Source: Nitrospirota bacterium (GTDB lineage: Bacteria > Nitrospirota > UBA9217). From it: 64,000 nucleotides of DNA. The notes under the pieces were generated by a model, which worked only from the letters and a program-made list of their open reading frames with translations, ran no database searches and was not told where the DNA came from. The translations under genes were made by a program, and so were the position numbers. Position 1 is the first letter of the stretch; every line of letters begins with the position of its first letter. Shown here one piece after another: positions 28,544-41,219 of the stretch. The stretch is from assembly GCA_963740085.1 (NCBI GenBank), contig CAVUCU010000004.1, positions 1 through 64,000 of the forward strand. Reading direction: 5' to 3'.

Positions 28544-29797
28544 ATGAATCTGAATGAGCTGCTCAAAATTACCAGTGAAAAAAAGGCTTCCGATCTCCAT
28601 CTGAAGGTCGGCGTGCCGCCCATCATCAGGGTCGACGGCAGGCTGATCTCGCTCGATACGGAAAAGCGGACGACCCAGGAGGAGGCCCTTGCCACTGCGC
28701 TGGGCATCATGAACTCCGTCCAAAAAGCAAAGTTCCTTGAGAAAAAAGAGCTCGACATGGCCTACGCCGTGCCGGGGATGGGCCGCTTCCGCGTGAATGT
28801 GTTCCAGCAGCGCGGCAGCGTGGGCATGGTCTTCCGTATCGTCCCGGGGAAAATACTGACCTTTGAGGATCTTTTCCTTCCGACGGTGCTCCAGAAAATC
28901 GGGAGCGAGCAGCGCGGCCTCATACTGGTCACGGGAACGACCGGGAGCGGCAAGTCCACGACCCTCGCATCGCTGATCGATTACATCAACATGTCCCGGA
29001 CCGCCAATATTGTCACGATCGAGGACCCGATCGAATTTTTGCATCGGGATAAAAAGAGCATCGTCAATCAGCGCGAGATCGGCTCAGACACCTTCTCCTT
29101 CAGCGAGGCGCTCCGCAGCGCGCTCCGGCAGGACCCGGATGTCATCCTCGTGGGAGAAATGCGCGACTTCGAGACCATCTCCACGGCACTGACCGCTGCC
29201 GAGACAGGACACCTGGTGCTCTCCACCCTGCACACGCTGGACGCATCGGAGACGGTCAACCGCATCATCACGGTATTTCCGCCGTATCAGCAGAAGCAGG
29301 TCAGGATGCAGCTCGCTTCCGTGGTCAAGGGGATCATTTCCCAGCGCCTTGTGAGCCGGGCAGACGGCACCGGGCGCGTGCCGGCGGTGGAAGTGATGCT
29401 CGGCACGCTGTCGGTGCGCGAGGCGATCATCGACGAAACCAAGACCCGTCAGATACCGACGATCATTGCCGGTGGACAGCTTCACTATGGGATGCAGACC
29501 TTCGACCAGTCGCTTCTCATGCTCTACAAGAAGGGGATCATCAGCTACGACGAGGCGCTGTTAACGGCGAGCAATCCCGACGATTTTGCGCTCAGGGTCA
29601 AAGGCATCCAGTCTACGAGCGATATATCGATGGAGGCGGACGAGAAGAGAACATCGTCGGGCATAAAAGGAACGATCGGTGAAGTGAAATCAGCAACCGA
29701 AGACACCACGGGTCCTTCTCAAAAGCATGGCGAATCACGGGGTGGCAAGTCCGCATCCGACAGTGAATTCAAGATAGACCGGTTCGGGGACAAATAG
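28544..29797 (+). CDS. pilT: PilT/PilU-family retraction ATPase
   Basis: ASDLHLKVG, VTGTTGSGKSTT, TIEDPIE, ALRQDPDVILVGEMRD, STLHT, GMQTFDQSL. Confidence 0.93.
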   Translation: MNLNELLKITSEKKASDLHLKVGVPPIIRVDGRLISLDTEKRTTQEEALATALGIMNSVQKAKFLEKKELDMAYAVPGMGRFRVNVFQQRGSVGMVFRIVPGKILTFEDLFLPTVLQKIGSEQRGLILVTGTTGSGKSTTLASLIDYINMSRTANIVTIEDPIEFLHRDKKSIVNQREIGSDTFSFSEALRSALRQDPDVILVGEMRDFETISTALTAAETGHLVLSTLHTLDASETVNRIITVFPPYQQKQVRMQLASVVKGIISQRLVSRADGTGRVPAVEVMLGTLSVREAIIDETKTRQIPTIIAGGQLHYGMQTFDQSLLMLYKKGIISYDEALLTASNPDDFALRVKGIQSTSDISMEADEKRTSSGIKGTIGEVKSATEDTTGPSQKHGESRGGKSASDSEFKIDRFGDK

Positions 29798-29828
29798 GAG
29801 CCGAACAGGGGATGCGGTGAATCGGTGA

Positions 29829-30329
29829 ATGGGTGATGAAGACAACAAGGAACTGACGAAGGCCAGGAATGCAGCCTACCGTTTCCTCACCTATCGTCCG
29901 CGGAGCAGAGCGGAGATCGACACAAAGCTTCATGAGAAGGAATTCAATGAAGCGATAATCGAGGCTGTTCTTGCCGACCTGGCGCGGCTCGGTTATGTGA
30001 ATGACCCGCAGTTTGCCCGTGAGTGGACGCGCAGCAGGATCAGGCTTCGGGGATTCGGCAGGCGCCGTATCGGGCAGGAACTCAAGAACAAAGGGATCGG
30101 CCGGGATATCATCAGGGAGGTCTTTGCCGAGGTTTTTAGCGAAGAAACCGAGATCGAGATCGCGAAGAGGGTTGCCGGGAAAAAAATGAATACGATGAAG
30201 TCCCTTGACCGTGAGACCCGCAGGCGTCGGCTGGCGGGGTTTCTGGAACGGAAAGGCTTCTCTTTCGAAATTATCCGGGAAGTGTTGAGGAGTACGGAGC
30301 TTTTTTTGCCACGGGTGGACACCGATTGA
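29829..30329 (+). CDS. recX: Regulatory protein RecX
   Basis: AYRFLTYRPRSRAEI..KL, LGYVND..FA, G.RRI.QELKNKGI, FLERKGFS. Confidence 0.93.
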   Translation: MGDEDNKELTKARNAAYRFLTYRPRSRAEIDTKLHEKEFNEAIIEAVLADLARLGYVNDPQFAREWTRSRIRLRGFGRRRIGQELKNKGIGRDIIREVFAEVFSEETEIEIAKRVAGKKMNTMKSLDRETRRRRLAGFLERKGFSFEIIREVLRSTELFLPRVDTD

Positions 30330-30399
30330 CACGGATTGAAATGCAGGAGAATCTCAGGCCGGGATCTAATCCGTGTTCATCAGGGTGAATCCGCGGTTG
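30307..30399. repeat. 9-mer-periodic inverted repeat (related copies ~28430-28505, 60531-60605)
   Basis: ccacgggtg gacaccgat tgacacggat ... atccgtgtt catcagggt gaatccgcgg. Confidence 0.55.
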
Positions 30400-30440
30400 A
30401 TATATTTTATCCCGGCTTGTCCGGGTCCAGGAGTAAAAAA

Positions 30441-33083
<2,643 letters not shown>

Positions 33084-33193
33084 GCCCCCGATAAATGAGT
33101 GTGCCGCCGGTTTCTGTAATCGATCTCTTTCCCGTGCTCGCACCGGCTTTGAGTTATGTTATAATCAGGTATATCTAAACCAAGGAGGTCAAC

Positions 33194-33514
33194 ATGAATG
33201 TTGCGGATGTCATCAAAAGGGCAATGCTTGCAGGGCTGGGAGCCCAGGAAAAGGCCAGGGAATTGGTCGACGAACTGGTCAAGGCAGGGGAACTTTCCAA
33301 AAGCGAGGCCTCCACTCTGGTGAAGGAGTGGGCGTCCAAGGCCGAGGAAAGCACCAAGGATATGGACCTTAAGGTCAAGGACGCCATCGCGGGTGCATTT
33401 GAAAAGATGAATATCCCGACTCGCGACGACCTTGAAAAGCTGGAAAAGAAGATGCAGGGCATCGCGGCGCGACTTTCGAAACTTGAAGGCGGCGAGGGGA
33501 AAGGCGGGGCATAA
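33194..33514 (+). CDS. Phasin/PHA-granule-associated family protein
   Basis: AMLAGLG..EKARELVDELVKAGELS..EA, KMNIPTRDDL; AAGGAGG RBS. Confidence 0.75.
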   Translation: MNVADVIKRAMLAGLGAQEKARELVDELVKAGELSKSEASTLVKEWASKAEESTKDMDLKVKDAIAGAFEKMNIPTRDDLEKLEKKMQGIAARLSKLEGGEGKGGA

Positions 33515-33579
33515 GTTCGGGGCCCCGGCGCTTCCAAGTCTCTTGTTGGGCGGGAAAACAAGGACCTCTCTGTCAGATC

Positions 33580-33830
33580 AACGGATCGGACAGGCCATCA
33601 CGTCGGCGGGCCGGAATGTGTCCGTTCACCTTGTGGAACGGACGCGCCTGCGATGGTTTCTCGCGCCCGGCAGGCGCACCCTTCTGAAAAATTCCCCCCT
33701 CATCGATCATTGGCCGAGCGTGGGGGAATGTCTCTGGACGATGTTCGAGGAATTTGGGCCCGCACTCATCCGGCCCGGACAGAGCCGGCATCCAGACCGG
33801 ACAAATTACCCCATCGATTATTCATGGAAC
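33580..33830 (+). pseudogene. Eroded N-terminus of an AarF/UbiB (ABC1) kinase
   Basis: GECLWTMFEEFGPALIRPGQS mirrors ERLR..FEELGPTFIKLGQ; expected position after the phasin gene. Confidence 0.55.
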
Positions 33831-34059
33831 AGCCGACCATTAACGAAGCAGGAGCACCGTTCCCTCTCTCTCGGTGCCTTGTCGGAAAGGCTTTTTGCTC
33901 ATGAATCGTCCATGACCCGCACGGGAGTGATGAAAGCCGGGTTTTTCTGCTGTCTGACATCATCCGGTCTTTGGTCTTTTTTTAAAAACGTGCTCCTCTA
34001 TTCTTCTCTCCTTTGGGGGGAGGGGTCATGCGAATGAGCTTGGAGAAAGGCTTTTAAAA

Positions 34060-35157
34060 ATGAAAGTAATGAACAAAGGATTAAAAGTCTTTGTCGTCGC
34101 GTGGGGAACAACGCGAAAGTGGGTAAAGAAGAAGTCGTGGTTGTCATTCCTCGTCGCTACCGCTGCCTTGCTGTTCTGCATCCATTTTTATATCGCTCTC
34201 TTTGTTCCGCCATCCAACGAGAAGGTCTGGAAAGAGATCCATGTGACCGAAGGAATGAGCTTTAAGGCGATCGCCGGGGAACTTAAGAAAGAAGGCATCA
34301 TCCGCTACCGTGGATACTTCGAGATCATCGGCAGGCTGCAAGGTATCAGCCGCAAGGTGCGCGCGGGCTACTACGGGTTGAGCACGAGCATGAGCCTTTG
34401 GGAGGTCCTGGACCAAATTCGAACGGGAAGGATCATTGAATACGAGGTAGTGGTCCCGGAGGGATATAACCTGTACCAGATCGGCTGGACGCTGTCCGGC
34501 ACTCCGCTCATCTCCCAACCTCATGACTTCATCGATCTGGTGAAAAACAAGGCCTATGTCCACTCTCTCGGCATTGACGCTGATACGCTTGAAGGATATC
34601 TGTACCCGGATACGTACTATCTGCCTAAAGGCATCAAACTTGAAGATATTCCCAAAAAGATGGTCCAGCGATTTAAGACGGTGTTCACGGACAGCAAAAG
34701 AAACCGCGCGAAAGAGATGGGGTTCACCGAGCAGCAGATCATTACGCTCGCTTCGATCGTTGAAAAAGAAGCCAAGGTGGATTCGGAGCGGAAGCTCATC
34801 GCTGCGGTATATTATAACCGGTTGAAGCGGGGAATGAGACTCCAGGCGGACCCGACCGCGGTATATGGCACCAAGGCTTGGATCACGAAGGTCACCAAGG
34901 CGGACCTCAAGCGGCGGTCTCCTTATAATACTTACCTCCACAAGGGGCTTCCCCCGGGGCCGATCGCGAACCCCGGCGAGGGCTCAATCCTGGCCGCGCT
35001 CTATCCCGAAAAGGTGGACTATCTTTTCTTTGTCGCTCAGGGAGACGGCAGCCACTATTTCTCAAAGGATTTCAATTCGCATGAGAAGGCCATCGGCAGG
35101 TATCGGTCGAGCATGAAGAAGGCGATGCAGCAGGCGAAACAGAAAGAAAATAGATAG
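34060..35157 (+). CDS. mltG: Endolytic transglycosylase MltG
   Basis: VPEG, LEGYLYPDTY, LASIVEKEA, NRLKRGMRLQADPT, SPYNTY..GLPPGPIANPG. Confidence 0.96.
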   Translation: MKVMNKGLKVFVVAWGTTRKWVKKKSWLSFLVATAALLFCIHFYIALFVPPSNEKVWKEIHVTEGMSFKAIAGELKKEGIIRYRGYFEIIGRLQGISRKVRAGYYGLSTSMSLWEVLDQIRTGRIIEYEVVVPEGYNLYQIGWTLSGTPLISQPHDFIDLVKNKAYVHSLGIDADTLEGYLYPDTYYLPKGIKLEDIPKKMVQRFKTVFTDSKRNRAKEMGFTEQQIITLASIVEKEAKVDSERKLIAAVYYNRLKRGMRLQADPTAVYGTKAWITKVTKADLKRRSPYNTYLHKGLPPGPIANPGEGSILAALYPEKVDYLFFVAQGDGSHYFSKDFNSHEKAIGRYRSSMKKAMQQAKQKENR

Positions 35158-35247
35158 GAGACCATTGGTGCAACACCAGCAAGGGTACAATTCCTCAGAG
35201 TGAGGAACAACGCAAAGGCAGAAACCTTCCGCAAGATATTCCGCAAA

Positions 35248-35691
35248 TCAGCCGTAATTTCCCCGCGCAGTTCCGCCGTCAAACGTATCGCCTGACCTGT
35301 GTTCCCCGCGGCTTCTCAGGAGGGAATACGAGATCGCCGTTACGGCCTTGGCGCGAGCCTCTATAATCGGTCCTTTTGAACATAGGCCTCGATCTTTGAT
35401 CATGGTGACGAGGACTTCCTTGAGGTATTGCGATTGCCAGATGATATCGAAGATGGCCTCGTAGCGGGTGCCGGGCAGATCGAGCGTGGTCACGATGAGA
35501 TTGAGCGTTTCCGCGATATGGATTTTCAGTATATCGTCGGTCGTTGTTGGGGTAAAGACCATGATGTCCGCGCGGTTGAGCGGGTTTTCGCACCGCGGTG
35601 TAAAGACGCCATGAGTATCTTTCATAAGATCTGGAAGAAAGGTTGCCCTATTTTCATCCCTTGACCGGCGCAAGGTGCCGTATAAAAGCAA
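35248..35691 (-). pseudogene. Degenerate receiver-like domain remnant
   Basis: LNRADIMVFT.TT.DDILKIH..E..NLIVT.LDLPG resembles atypical receiver domains; flanks unrecognisable. Confidence 0.35.
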
Positions 35692-36543
35692 TTACTCCCG
35701 CTGCCTCGGATCAAGCGCGTCGCGGATGCCTTCGCCGAGCAGATTGTAGCCGAGCACGGTGATGAGGATAGCAAGGCCGGGGAAGGCGGAAAGCCACCAG
35801 GCGATCTCGATGTTGTCCTTGCCGGAGGAAAGAAGACTGCCCCAGCTTGGGGTGGGGGGCTGAACGCCGAGGCCGAGAAAACTCAGGGCCGACTCGATAA
35901 GGATCGCGCCGCCGATGCCCATGGTGGCGGAGACGAGGATCGGGGAGAGGCCGTTCGGCAGAACATGCTTCATGATGATGCGGCTGTCGGTGGCGCCGAT
36001 GGCGCGCGCGGCGAGCACGAACTCACGCTCTTTGAGCGAAATGAACTCAGCGCGGATGAGCCGGGCCGGTTCCATCCAGCTGGTAAGCCCGATCACGATC
36101 ATAATGTTGATGATGCTCGGCTCCAGGATCGCGATCACGGCCAGCACCAGAAATATCGTAGGGATGCTCAGCATGATGTCAACGGCCCGCATGATCGCAC
36201 TATCGATGGCTCCACCATAGAAACCTGCAATGGCGCCGAGAATGATGCCGATGATCGTAGAGATCCCGACTGCCACGAAACCCACCTCAAGCGAGATCCT
36301 TCCGCCCCAGAGCATGCGCGAGAACACGTCCCTGCCCAGATCATCCGTCCCCAGGAGATGGGAAAAGCTGGGGCCGATCAGGATGTTCTTGATGTCGATG
36401 GTTGACGGATTATAGGGTGCGATCAGCGGCGCGCAGATGGACAGAATGAAGACGAGCAGCACGAGCATCCCGCCGATGACGGCGAACTTGTTCTTCATGA
36501 GGTAATGAAGTGTCTGCGATGTGAAGGATTCTGATTTGCCCAT
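35692..36543 (-). CDS. Peptide/nickel ABC transporter permease (OppC/DppC type)
   Basis: HLLGTDDLGRDVFSR, EREFVLAARAIGA..RII.KHVLPN, LSFLGLGVQPPTPSWG. Confidence 0.95.
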   Translation of the reverse strand: MGKSESFTSQTLHYLMKNKFAVIGGMLVLLVFILSICAPLIAPYNPSTIDIKNILIGPSFSHLLGTDDLGRDVFSRMLWGGRISLEVGFVAVGISTIIGIILGAIAGFYGGAIDSAIMRAVDIMLSIPTIFLVLAVIAILEPSIINIMIVIGLTSWMEPARLIRAEFISLKEREFVLAARAIGATDSRIIMKHVLPNGLSPILVSATMGIGGAILIESALSFLGLGVQPPTPSWGSLLSSGKDNIEIAWWLSAFPGLAILITVLGYNLLGEGIRDALDPRQRE

Positions 36544-36559
36544 TTGAAATAATTTCTGC

Positions 36560-36626
36560 CACCCCGAACGAAGTGAAGGGTGTGGTTCGATCAAATTAAG
36601 GATTCTTCGCTTCGCTCAGAACGACA
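36560..36626. repeat. Palindromic intergenic element
   Basis: caccccgaacgaagtgaagg ... gattcttcgcttcgctcagaacgaca. Confidence 0.5.
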
Positions 36627-36660
36627 AACCAAAAATTCACGAGTCTTACTGGCGGCCCTC

Positions 36661-37632
36661 TTATTTCAATCTCACCCTCGGATCGGTAAAGGCATATGCG
36701 ATGTCCGCCAGGAAGTTCCCGAGCAAGGTCAGGAACGCCACGGGCACCAGTATCCCCATGACGAGGTTATAGTCCCGCGACAAGACCGACTGGAACATAA
36801 GCTGACCCATGCCGGGAATGCCGAAGACCTGTTCAATGATCACACTGCCGCCGATGATGCCGGGGAGTGACAGGCCGAGGATGGTAATAACCGGCATGAG
36901 CGCATTCCTGAGCGCGTGTTTGTAAATGACCACGCGCTCGGAAAGCCCCTTGGCCCTGGCTGTGCGAATGTAATCCTGCCTCATGACCTCGAGCATGTTA
37001 TTCCGGACATAACGCGAGAATCCGGCCAGACCGCCGAACGACAGCACGAAGACCGGCAGGATCAGATGACGGAACCTGTCCGCGAGCCTGCCCCAGTCCG
37101 AGAGTCCCGTCACATCCAGGCTCTGGATGCCGGATATCGGAAGCACGCCCCACTGCACACCAAAGAGATAGATGAGCAGAAGAGCCAGCCAGAACGAAGG
37201 CGTGGAAAATCCTATGAAGACGAACATGGTCGTGAACCGGTCAAGGAGCGAGTATTGCCGGGTGGCGGACATAATTCCGATGGGTAGAGCGATCAAAAGG
37301 ACCAGTCCGAGCGAGAGCAGGTTTATCGTGAGCGTGATCGGGAGGCGTTCAAGGATCTTGTCCTTGACCTTGCGGCCATCGGCAAAGGCCTCGCCGAAAT
37401 CAAGGGTCACGAACTTAGTGAGCCACGTGGCGTATTGCTTGTAAAAGGGCTGGTCAGCTCCGTACAGCTTGCGGAGCCGCTCACGAGCTTCGGCGGACGC
37501 CTTTGCTGAAAACTCCATCTGCGCCTCGGCGGGACCGCCCGGGGCGAGTCGCATGACGCCAAAACTCAGCAGGGTGATGCCGAGGAGGATGGGAATCATC
37601 AGGAGCGCGCGTTTTATGACGTAGAAGAGCAT
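36661..37632 (-). CDS. Peptide/nickel ABC transporter permease (OppB/DppB type)
   Basis: LAPGGP, STPSFWLAL, QDYIRTARAKGL..VIYKHALRNA, GSVIIEQVFGIPGMG. Confidence 0.95.
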   Translation of the reverse strand: MLFYVIKRALLMIPILLGITLLSFGVMRLAPGGPAEAQMEFSAKASAEARERLRKLYGADQPFYKQYATWLTKFVTLDFGEAFADGRKVKDKILERLPITLTINLLSLGLVLLIALPIGIMSATRQYSLLDRFTTMFVFIGFSTPSFWLALLLIYLFGVQWGVLPISGIQSLDVTGLSDWGRLADRFRHLILPVFVLSFGGLAGFSRYVRNNMLEVMRQDYIRTARAKGLSERVVIYKHALRNALMPVITILGLSLPGIIGGSVIIEQVFGIPGMGQLMFQSVLSRDYNLVMGILVPVAFLTLLGNFLADIAYAFTDPRVRLK

Positions 37633-37641
37633 CGGTTGGCT

Positions 37642-37896
37642 TTATTCCGTGACCTTGTATACGAGATCGAAGGGCTTTGCGTGCTGGGAAAGCTTGATGC
37701 CGGTAAACTGGCCGCGGATGGCCTTCTGGACCGGTTGGTGGTCGAACTCCAAGCCATCGATCTTCTGAGTGAAGTCGGTGTTGTTTCCCTTGAGGTGAAT
37801 GGTATCACCGATCGCGAGATCGCCGAAATCAAGCTTGACCGCCGCAACGGAAGTTTTTTCAAAAAACCGTATAACCGACCCGATCCGCTCTTCCAT
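37642..37896 (-). CDS. Small EF-Tu domain-2-like beta-barrel protein
   Basis: EERIGSV..FF....VAAVKL..GDLAIGDTIHLKG..TDFTQKI. Confidence 0.7.
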   Translation of the reverse strand: MEERIGSVIRFFEKTSVAAVKLDFGDLAIGDTIHLKGNNTDFTQKIDGLEFDHQPVQKAIRGQFTGIKLSQHAKPFDLVYKVTE

Positions 37897-38054
37897 AGGC
37901 GTAATCATAGTATAAAACTCATGCCATTTCAAGGGAAAAGGGCACGGGGGGAAAAAGGAGGTCAGAATAGAGACAGAAAGAAGGCGGATGGATGCAACCT
38001 TTTTCGTTCATCGCCTGCTCGTCTGCCACCAGTGGTCCCGACGGGACATAGCGC

Positions 38055-38083
38055 TTGACAATGCGGAGGAGTGTGAGTATTAT
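38055..38083 (+). promoter_or_regulatory. Sigma70 promoter of tRNA-Pro/Arg
   Basis: TTGACA-17-TATTAT. Confidence 0.7.
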
Positions 38084-38123
38084 ATGGCCTACCAGTCAGG
38101 GTATAAAGGGAGCTTTTGTACCG

Positions 38124-38200
<77 letters not shown>

Positions 38201-38278
38201 TTGTAATTGGAAATTGAAGGTTGGAAATCGTAAATCTGAAATTTTCAATCTGTAATTTTCAATGGAGCGTAGCGACAT

Positions 38279-38355
38279 GCGCCTGTAGCTCAGATGGATA
38301 GAGCAACAGCCTTCTAAGCTGTGGGCCAGGGGTTCGATTCCCTTCAGGCGCACCA
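38279..38355 (+). tRNA. tRNA-Arg(TCT)
   Basis: acagc-ct-TCT-aa-gctgt, GTTCGATTC, CCA. Confidence 0.97.
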
Positions 38356-38449
38356 ATAAAAGAACAGACGTGCGCAAGCGCGTGAAGGAAAATTGAGAAG
38401 GTCTCCTTTCAGACGTGAATAGAATCAAATGCGGTATACGGATTGTTTG

Positions 38450-38478
38450 TTGACAAATCAAACGTGGCACTATAAAAT
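38450..38478 (+). promoter_or_regulatory. Sigma70 promoter of tRNA-His
   Basis: TTGACA-17-TAAAAT. Confidence 0.65.
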
Positions 38479-38523
38479 TAATTGGTTTCTCAATCCGCAA
38501 TCCGCTTTCTGAAAAAATAACAT

Positions 38524-38600
38524 GGTGGGCGTAGCTCAGTTGGTAGAGCTCCAGGTTGTGGCCCTGGTGGCCGCGGGTTCAAGCCCCGTCGCTCACCCCA
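38524..38600 (+). tRNA. tRNA-His(GTG)
   Basis: Encoded G-1, ccagg-tt-GTG-gc-cctgg, GTTCAAG, CCA. Confidence 0.97.
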
Positions 38601-38662
38601 AATTTCGATCGTAGAGACGGTCACGTCGGCCGTCTCTACAGCTTTTATAAGGTGTTTTTGAC

Positions 38663-38739
<77 letters not shown>

Positions 38740-38920
38740 GAATCACCTTGCAAGATCAGCACCCGGCAAAGAACGAGAAGGGAACTGCTTTCCTGCGGCC
38801 AGAGGGGTGCAGGGGAGATGCTCCGCTGCGGTTCGGGGGAGAAACCAGAGGGGGCAGGCCTCCTCTGGGGAGCCCTTCATGGGCGACGGCTGCACGGTTC
38901 GACTCCTGCCGGGCGCACCA
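38740..38920 (+). repeat. tRNA-linked element copy 1: 88-bp core (38802-38889) plus duplicated tRNA-Arg(TCG) 3' end (38896-38920)
   Basis: 38896-38920 is identical to 38715-38739; core matches 39179-39266. Confidence 0.85.
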
Positions 38921-39034
38921 GGATACCGCAAAGGAACAAACGACGGACGAGAGACGAGGGATGAGAGACGCATGCGCGTCCATCGTCCTAGCGCGCAAAG
39001 AGAGCGGTCGTCTATCGTCCAGCGAGTTTTTATC

Positions 39035-39111
39035 GCGCCTGTAGCTCAGCTGGATAGAGCGTTGGCCTCCGAAGCCAAAGGTCGTGGGTCCGACTCCCGC
39101 CAGGCGCACCA
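39035..39111 (+). tRNA. tRNA-Arg(CCG) with atypical T-loop
   Basis: ttggc-ct-CCG-aa-gccaa; T-loop reads GTCCGA rather than GTTCGA; CCA. Confidence 0.9.
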
Positions 39112-39294
39112 GTTTAATAATCAATGACAGGCAATATGCGCGGCAAAATGGGTCGGCGAAATAGAGGGTCCACGACCTGAGGGTTTCAGGGGAAGCATTC
39201 CCCTGAGTTTCGGGGGAGAAACCAGAGGGGGCAGGCCCCCTTTGGGGAGCCCTTCATGGGCGACGGAGTGGGTCCGACTCCCGCCAGGCGCACC
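39112..39294 (+). repeat. tRNA-linked element copy 2: 88-bp core (39179-39266) plus duplicated tRNA-Arg(CCG) 3' end (39268-39294)
   Basis: gtgggtccgactcccgccaggcgcacc repeated from 39084-39110. Confidence 0.85.
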
Positions 39295-39411
39295 GTCAAA
39301 AAAGAGGAGACAAAAAAGGATTAACGAGGGACGAGAGATGAGGAATGTAATTCGTTTTTCGTCTTAGTGAGCGAAGCGAACGGTCGTCAATCGTCCCATC
39401 ATTTTTTTATC

Positions 39412-39440
39412 TTGCATCAGGCGTTAAAGATAAGTATAAT
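39412..39440 (+). promoter_or_regulatory. Sigma70 promoter of tRNA-Lys/Leu
   Basis: TTGCAT-17-TATAAT. Confidence 0.7.
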
Positions 39441-39475
39441 AACCGCTCTTTGTATCTGATACTCTCATCGCGTAT

Positions 39476-39551
<76 letters not shown>

Positions 39552-39632
39552 TATTAAAACTCAGGGAGCAGTGAGCAGCAGGCAGCGGATCACGAAGGCT
39601 GCTTTACGTTCACTGCTTTCTTTGTTCCTGAA

Positions 39633-39715
39633 GCGAGAGTGGCGGAACTGGCAGACGCGCCAGACTTAGGATCTGGTGGGCGACCATGGGGGTTCAAGTC
39701 CCCCCTCTCGCACCA
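39633..39715 (+). tRNA. tRNA-Leu(TAG)
   Basis: ccaga-ct-TAG-ga-tctgg, variable arm, GTTCAAGTC, CCA. Confidence 0.95.
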
Positions 39716-39828
39716 TGATAGTTCAGAGTTCGGAGTTCAAAGTTCGGAGGGAGATCGTAACGCACCTTGCGCCATGAACCTTGAAGACCATACAATCTCA
39801 ATCTACTCTTATTACAAGGTGGTATCCC

Positions 39829-41115
39829 ATGAAATCAGTGATAGAAGAAATAAATCCGGTAAAGAAAAAGATCAATATCGAAATTGAGCACGAGTCCGTG
39901 GACAAAGAGATGGACAAGGCGATCAAGGACGTTGCCAAAAAGGCAAAGATACACGGTTTCCGTCCCGGTAAGGCACCGAAAAATATCGTGGAAAAACATT
40001 ATGGCGAAGAAGTCCGGTCCGAGGTCACGAACAGGCTCATCTCGGATTCGTACCTCATGGCGCTCCGGGAGCACAATCTCAGCCCCGTGGATATGCCGAA
40101 GATCGAGAACATAACGACGCTTGCAAAGGGCTCTTCGCTGAGCTTTACCGCCATCGTGGAAGTACGCCCGAGCATAACGCTTGGCACCTACGACGGCATT
40201 GAAATCAAGGAACGGGACCTTGCGGTGACCGACGAAGAATTGAATCAGACGCTTGACCGTCTCCGTGAGATGTATGCGCAGCTTGAAGTTGTCGAGGGGC
40301 AGGCTCTCGCGAAGGATCACACGGCGATCATCGATTTCGAGGGGTTCCATGACGGAAAGACCATCGAAGGCGCCAAGGCCACGGACCATATGCTGTCCAT
40401 CGGATCGGGCAATCTGATCCCGGGGTTTGAGGAGCAGCTTATCGGCATGAAGAAGAACGAGACGCGGGATATCAAGGTCACGTTCCCGGCGGATTATACC
40501 AATAAGGAAATAGCGGGCAAGGAAGCGCGCTTTACGGTAACGCTCAAAGAGATCAAGCAGAAAGTCCTCCCCGAGCTGAATGATGAATTCGCGAAGGATA
40601 CCGGCGGCAACAAGACGGTTGAAGAGCTGAGGGCGCGGATCAAGGAAGATCTCCAGGCACGAAAGCGCGACGAGCAGGGGTCTGCCCAGCGCGAGGAATT
40701 GATGTCGAAATTGGTGGACGCTCATGAGTTCGATGTCCCGCAGGGCATGGTGGAACATGAACTGCAGACCATGGCGAGGCAGCAGGCCACCCGCTTCGCC
40801 CGGCAGGGCATGGACCTCAAGTCCTTTGATGCAAAGAAGTTCATGGAGAAGAACCGGGACCTGGCCGTGAAACGGGTCAAGGGAATACTGCTGCTCGAAG
40901 AGATAGCTGAAAAAGAGAAGGTCGACGTTACCGACCAGGAATTATCCGCGTCCATCGCGGCGATGGCGAAGGAAGCGGGACAGACCTCGGACGCCGTCAG
41001 GAAATATTATGAGTCTCAGGACGGGGGCCTTGATAACCTGCGCGCCTCACTGGTCCAGGAAAAGACTTTCGGTCTCTTGATTTCCCGTGCAAAGAAGGTT
41101 TATAATAATCAGTAA
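39829..41115 (+). CDS. tig: Trigger factor
   Basis: GFRPGKAP ribosome-binding loop, [23 protein letters not shown]. Confidence 0.97.
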   Translation: MKSVIEEINPVKKKINIEIEHESVDKEMDKAIKDVAKKAKIHGFRPGKAPKNIVEKHYGEEVRSEVTNRLISDSYLMALREHNLSPVDMPKIENITTLAKGSSLSFTAIVEVRPSITLGTYDGIEIKERDLAVTDEELNQTLDRLREMYAQLEVVEGQALAKDHTAIIDFEGFHDGKTIEGAKATDHMLSIGSGNLIPGFEEQLIGMKKNETRDIKVTFPADYTNKEIAGKEARFTVTLKEIKQKVLPELNDEFAKDTGGNKTVEELRARIKEDLQARKRDEQGSAQREELMSKLVDAHEFDVPQGMVEHELQTMARQQATRFARQGMDLKSFDAKKFMEKNRDLAVKRVKGILLLEEIAEKEKVDVTDQELSASIAAMAKEAGQTSDAVRKYYESQDGGLDNLRASLVQEKTFGLLISRAKKVYNNQ

Positions 41116-41219
41116 GAAGGATCAAAGAATTCAGGCTGAGAGGGCATAACCTCACTGAGAGACCCGGGAATTTATCTTTGGTGCTTTCGTTTTTCAGTGA
41201 CAACCGCGAAGGAGAATAC

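Noticed and set aside
28544-29797. pilT between recA and recX as a novelty
   Set aside because: recA-pilT-recX-alaS is a known arrangement in Geobacter-type genomes
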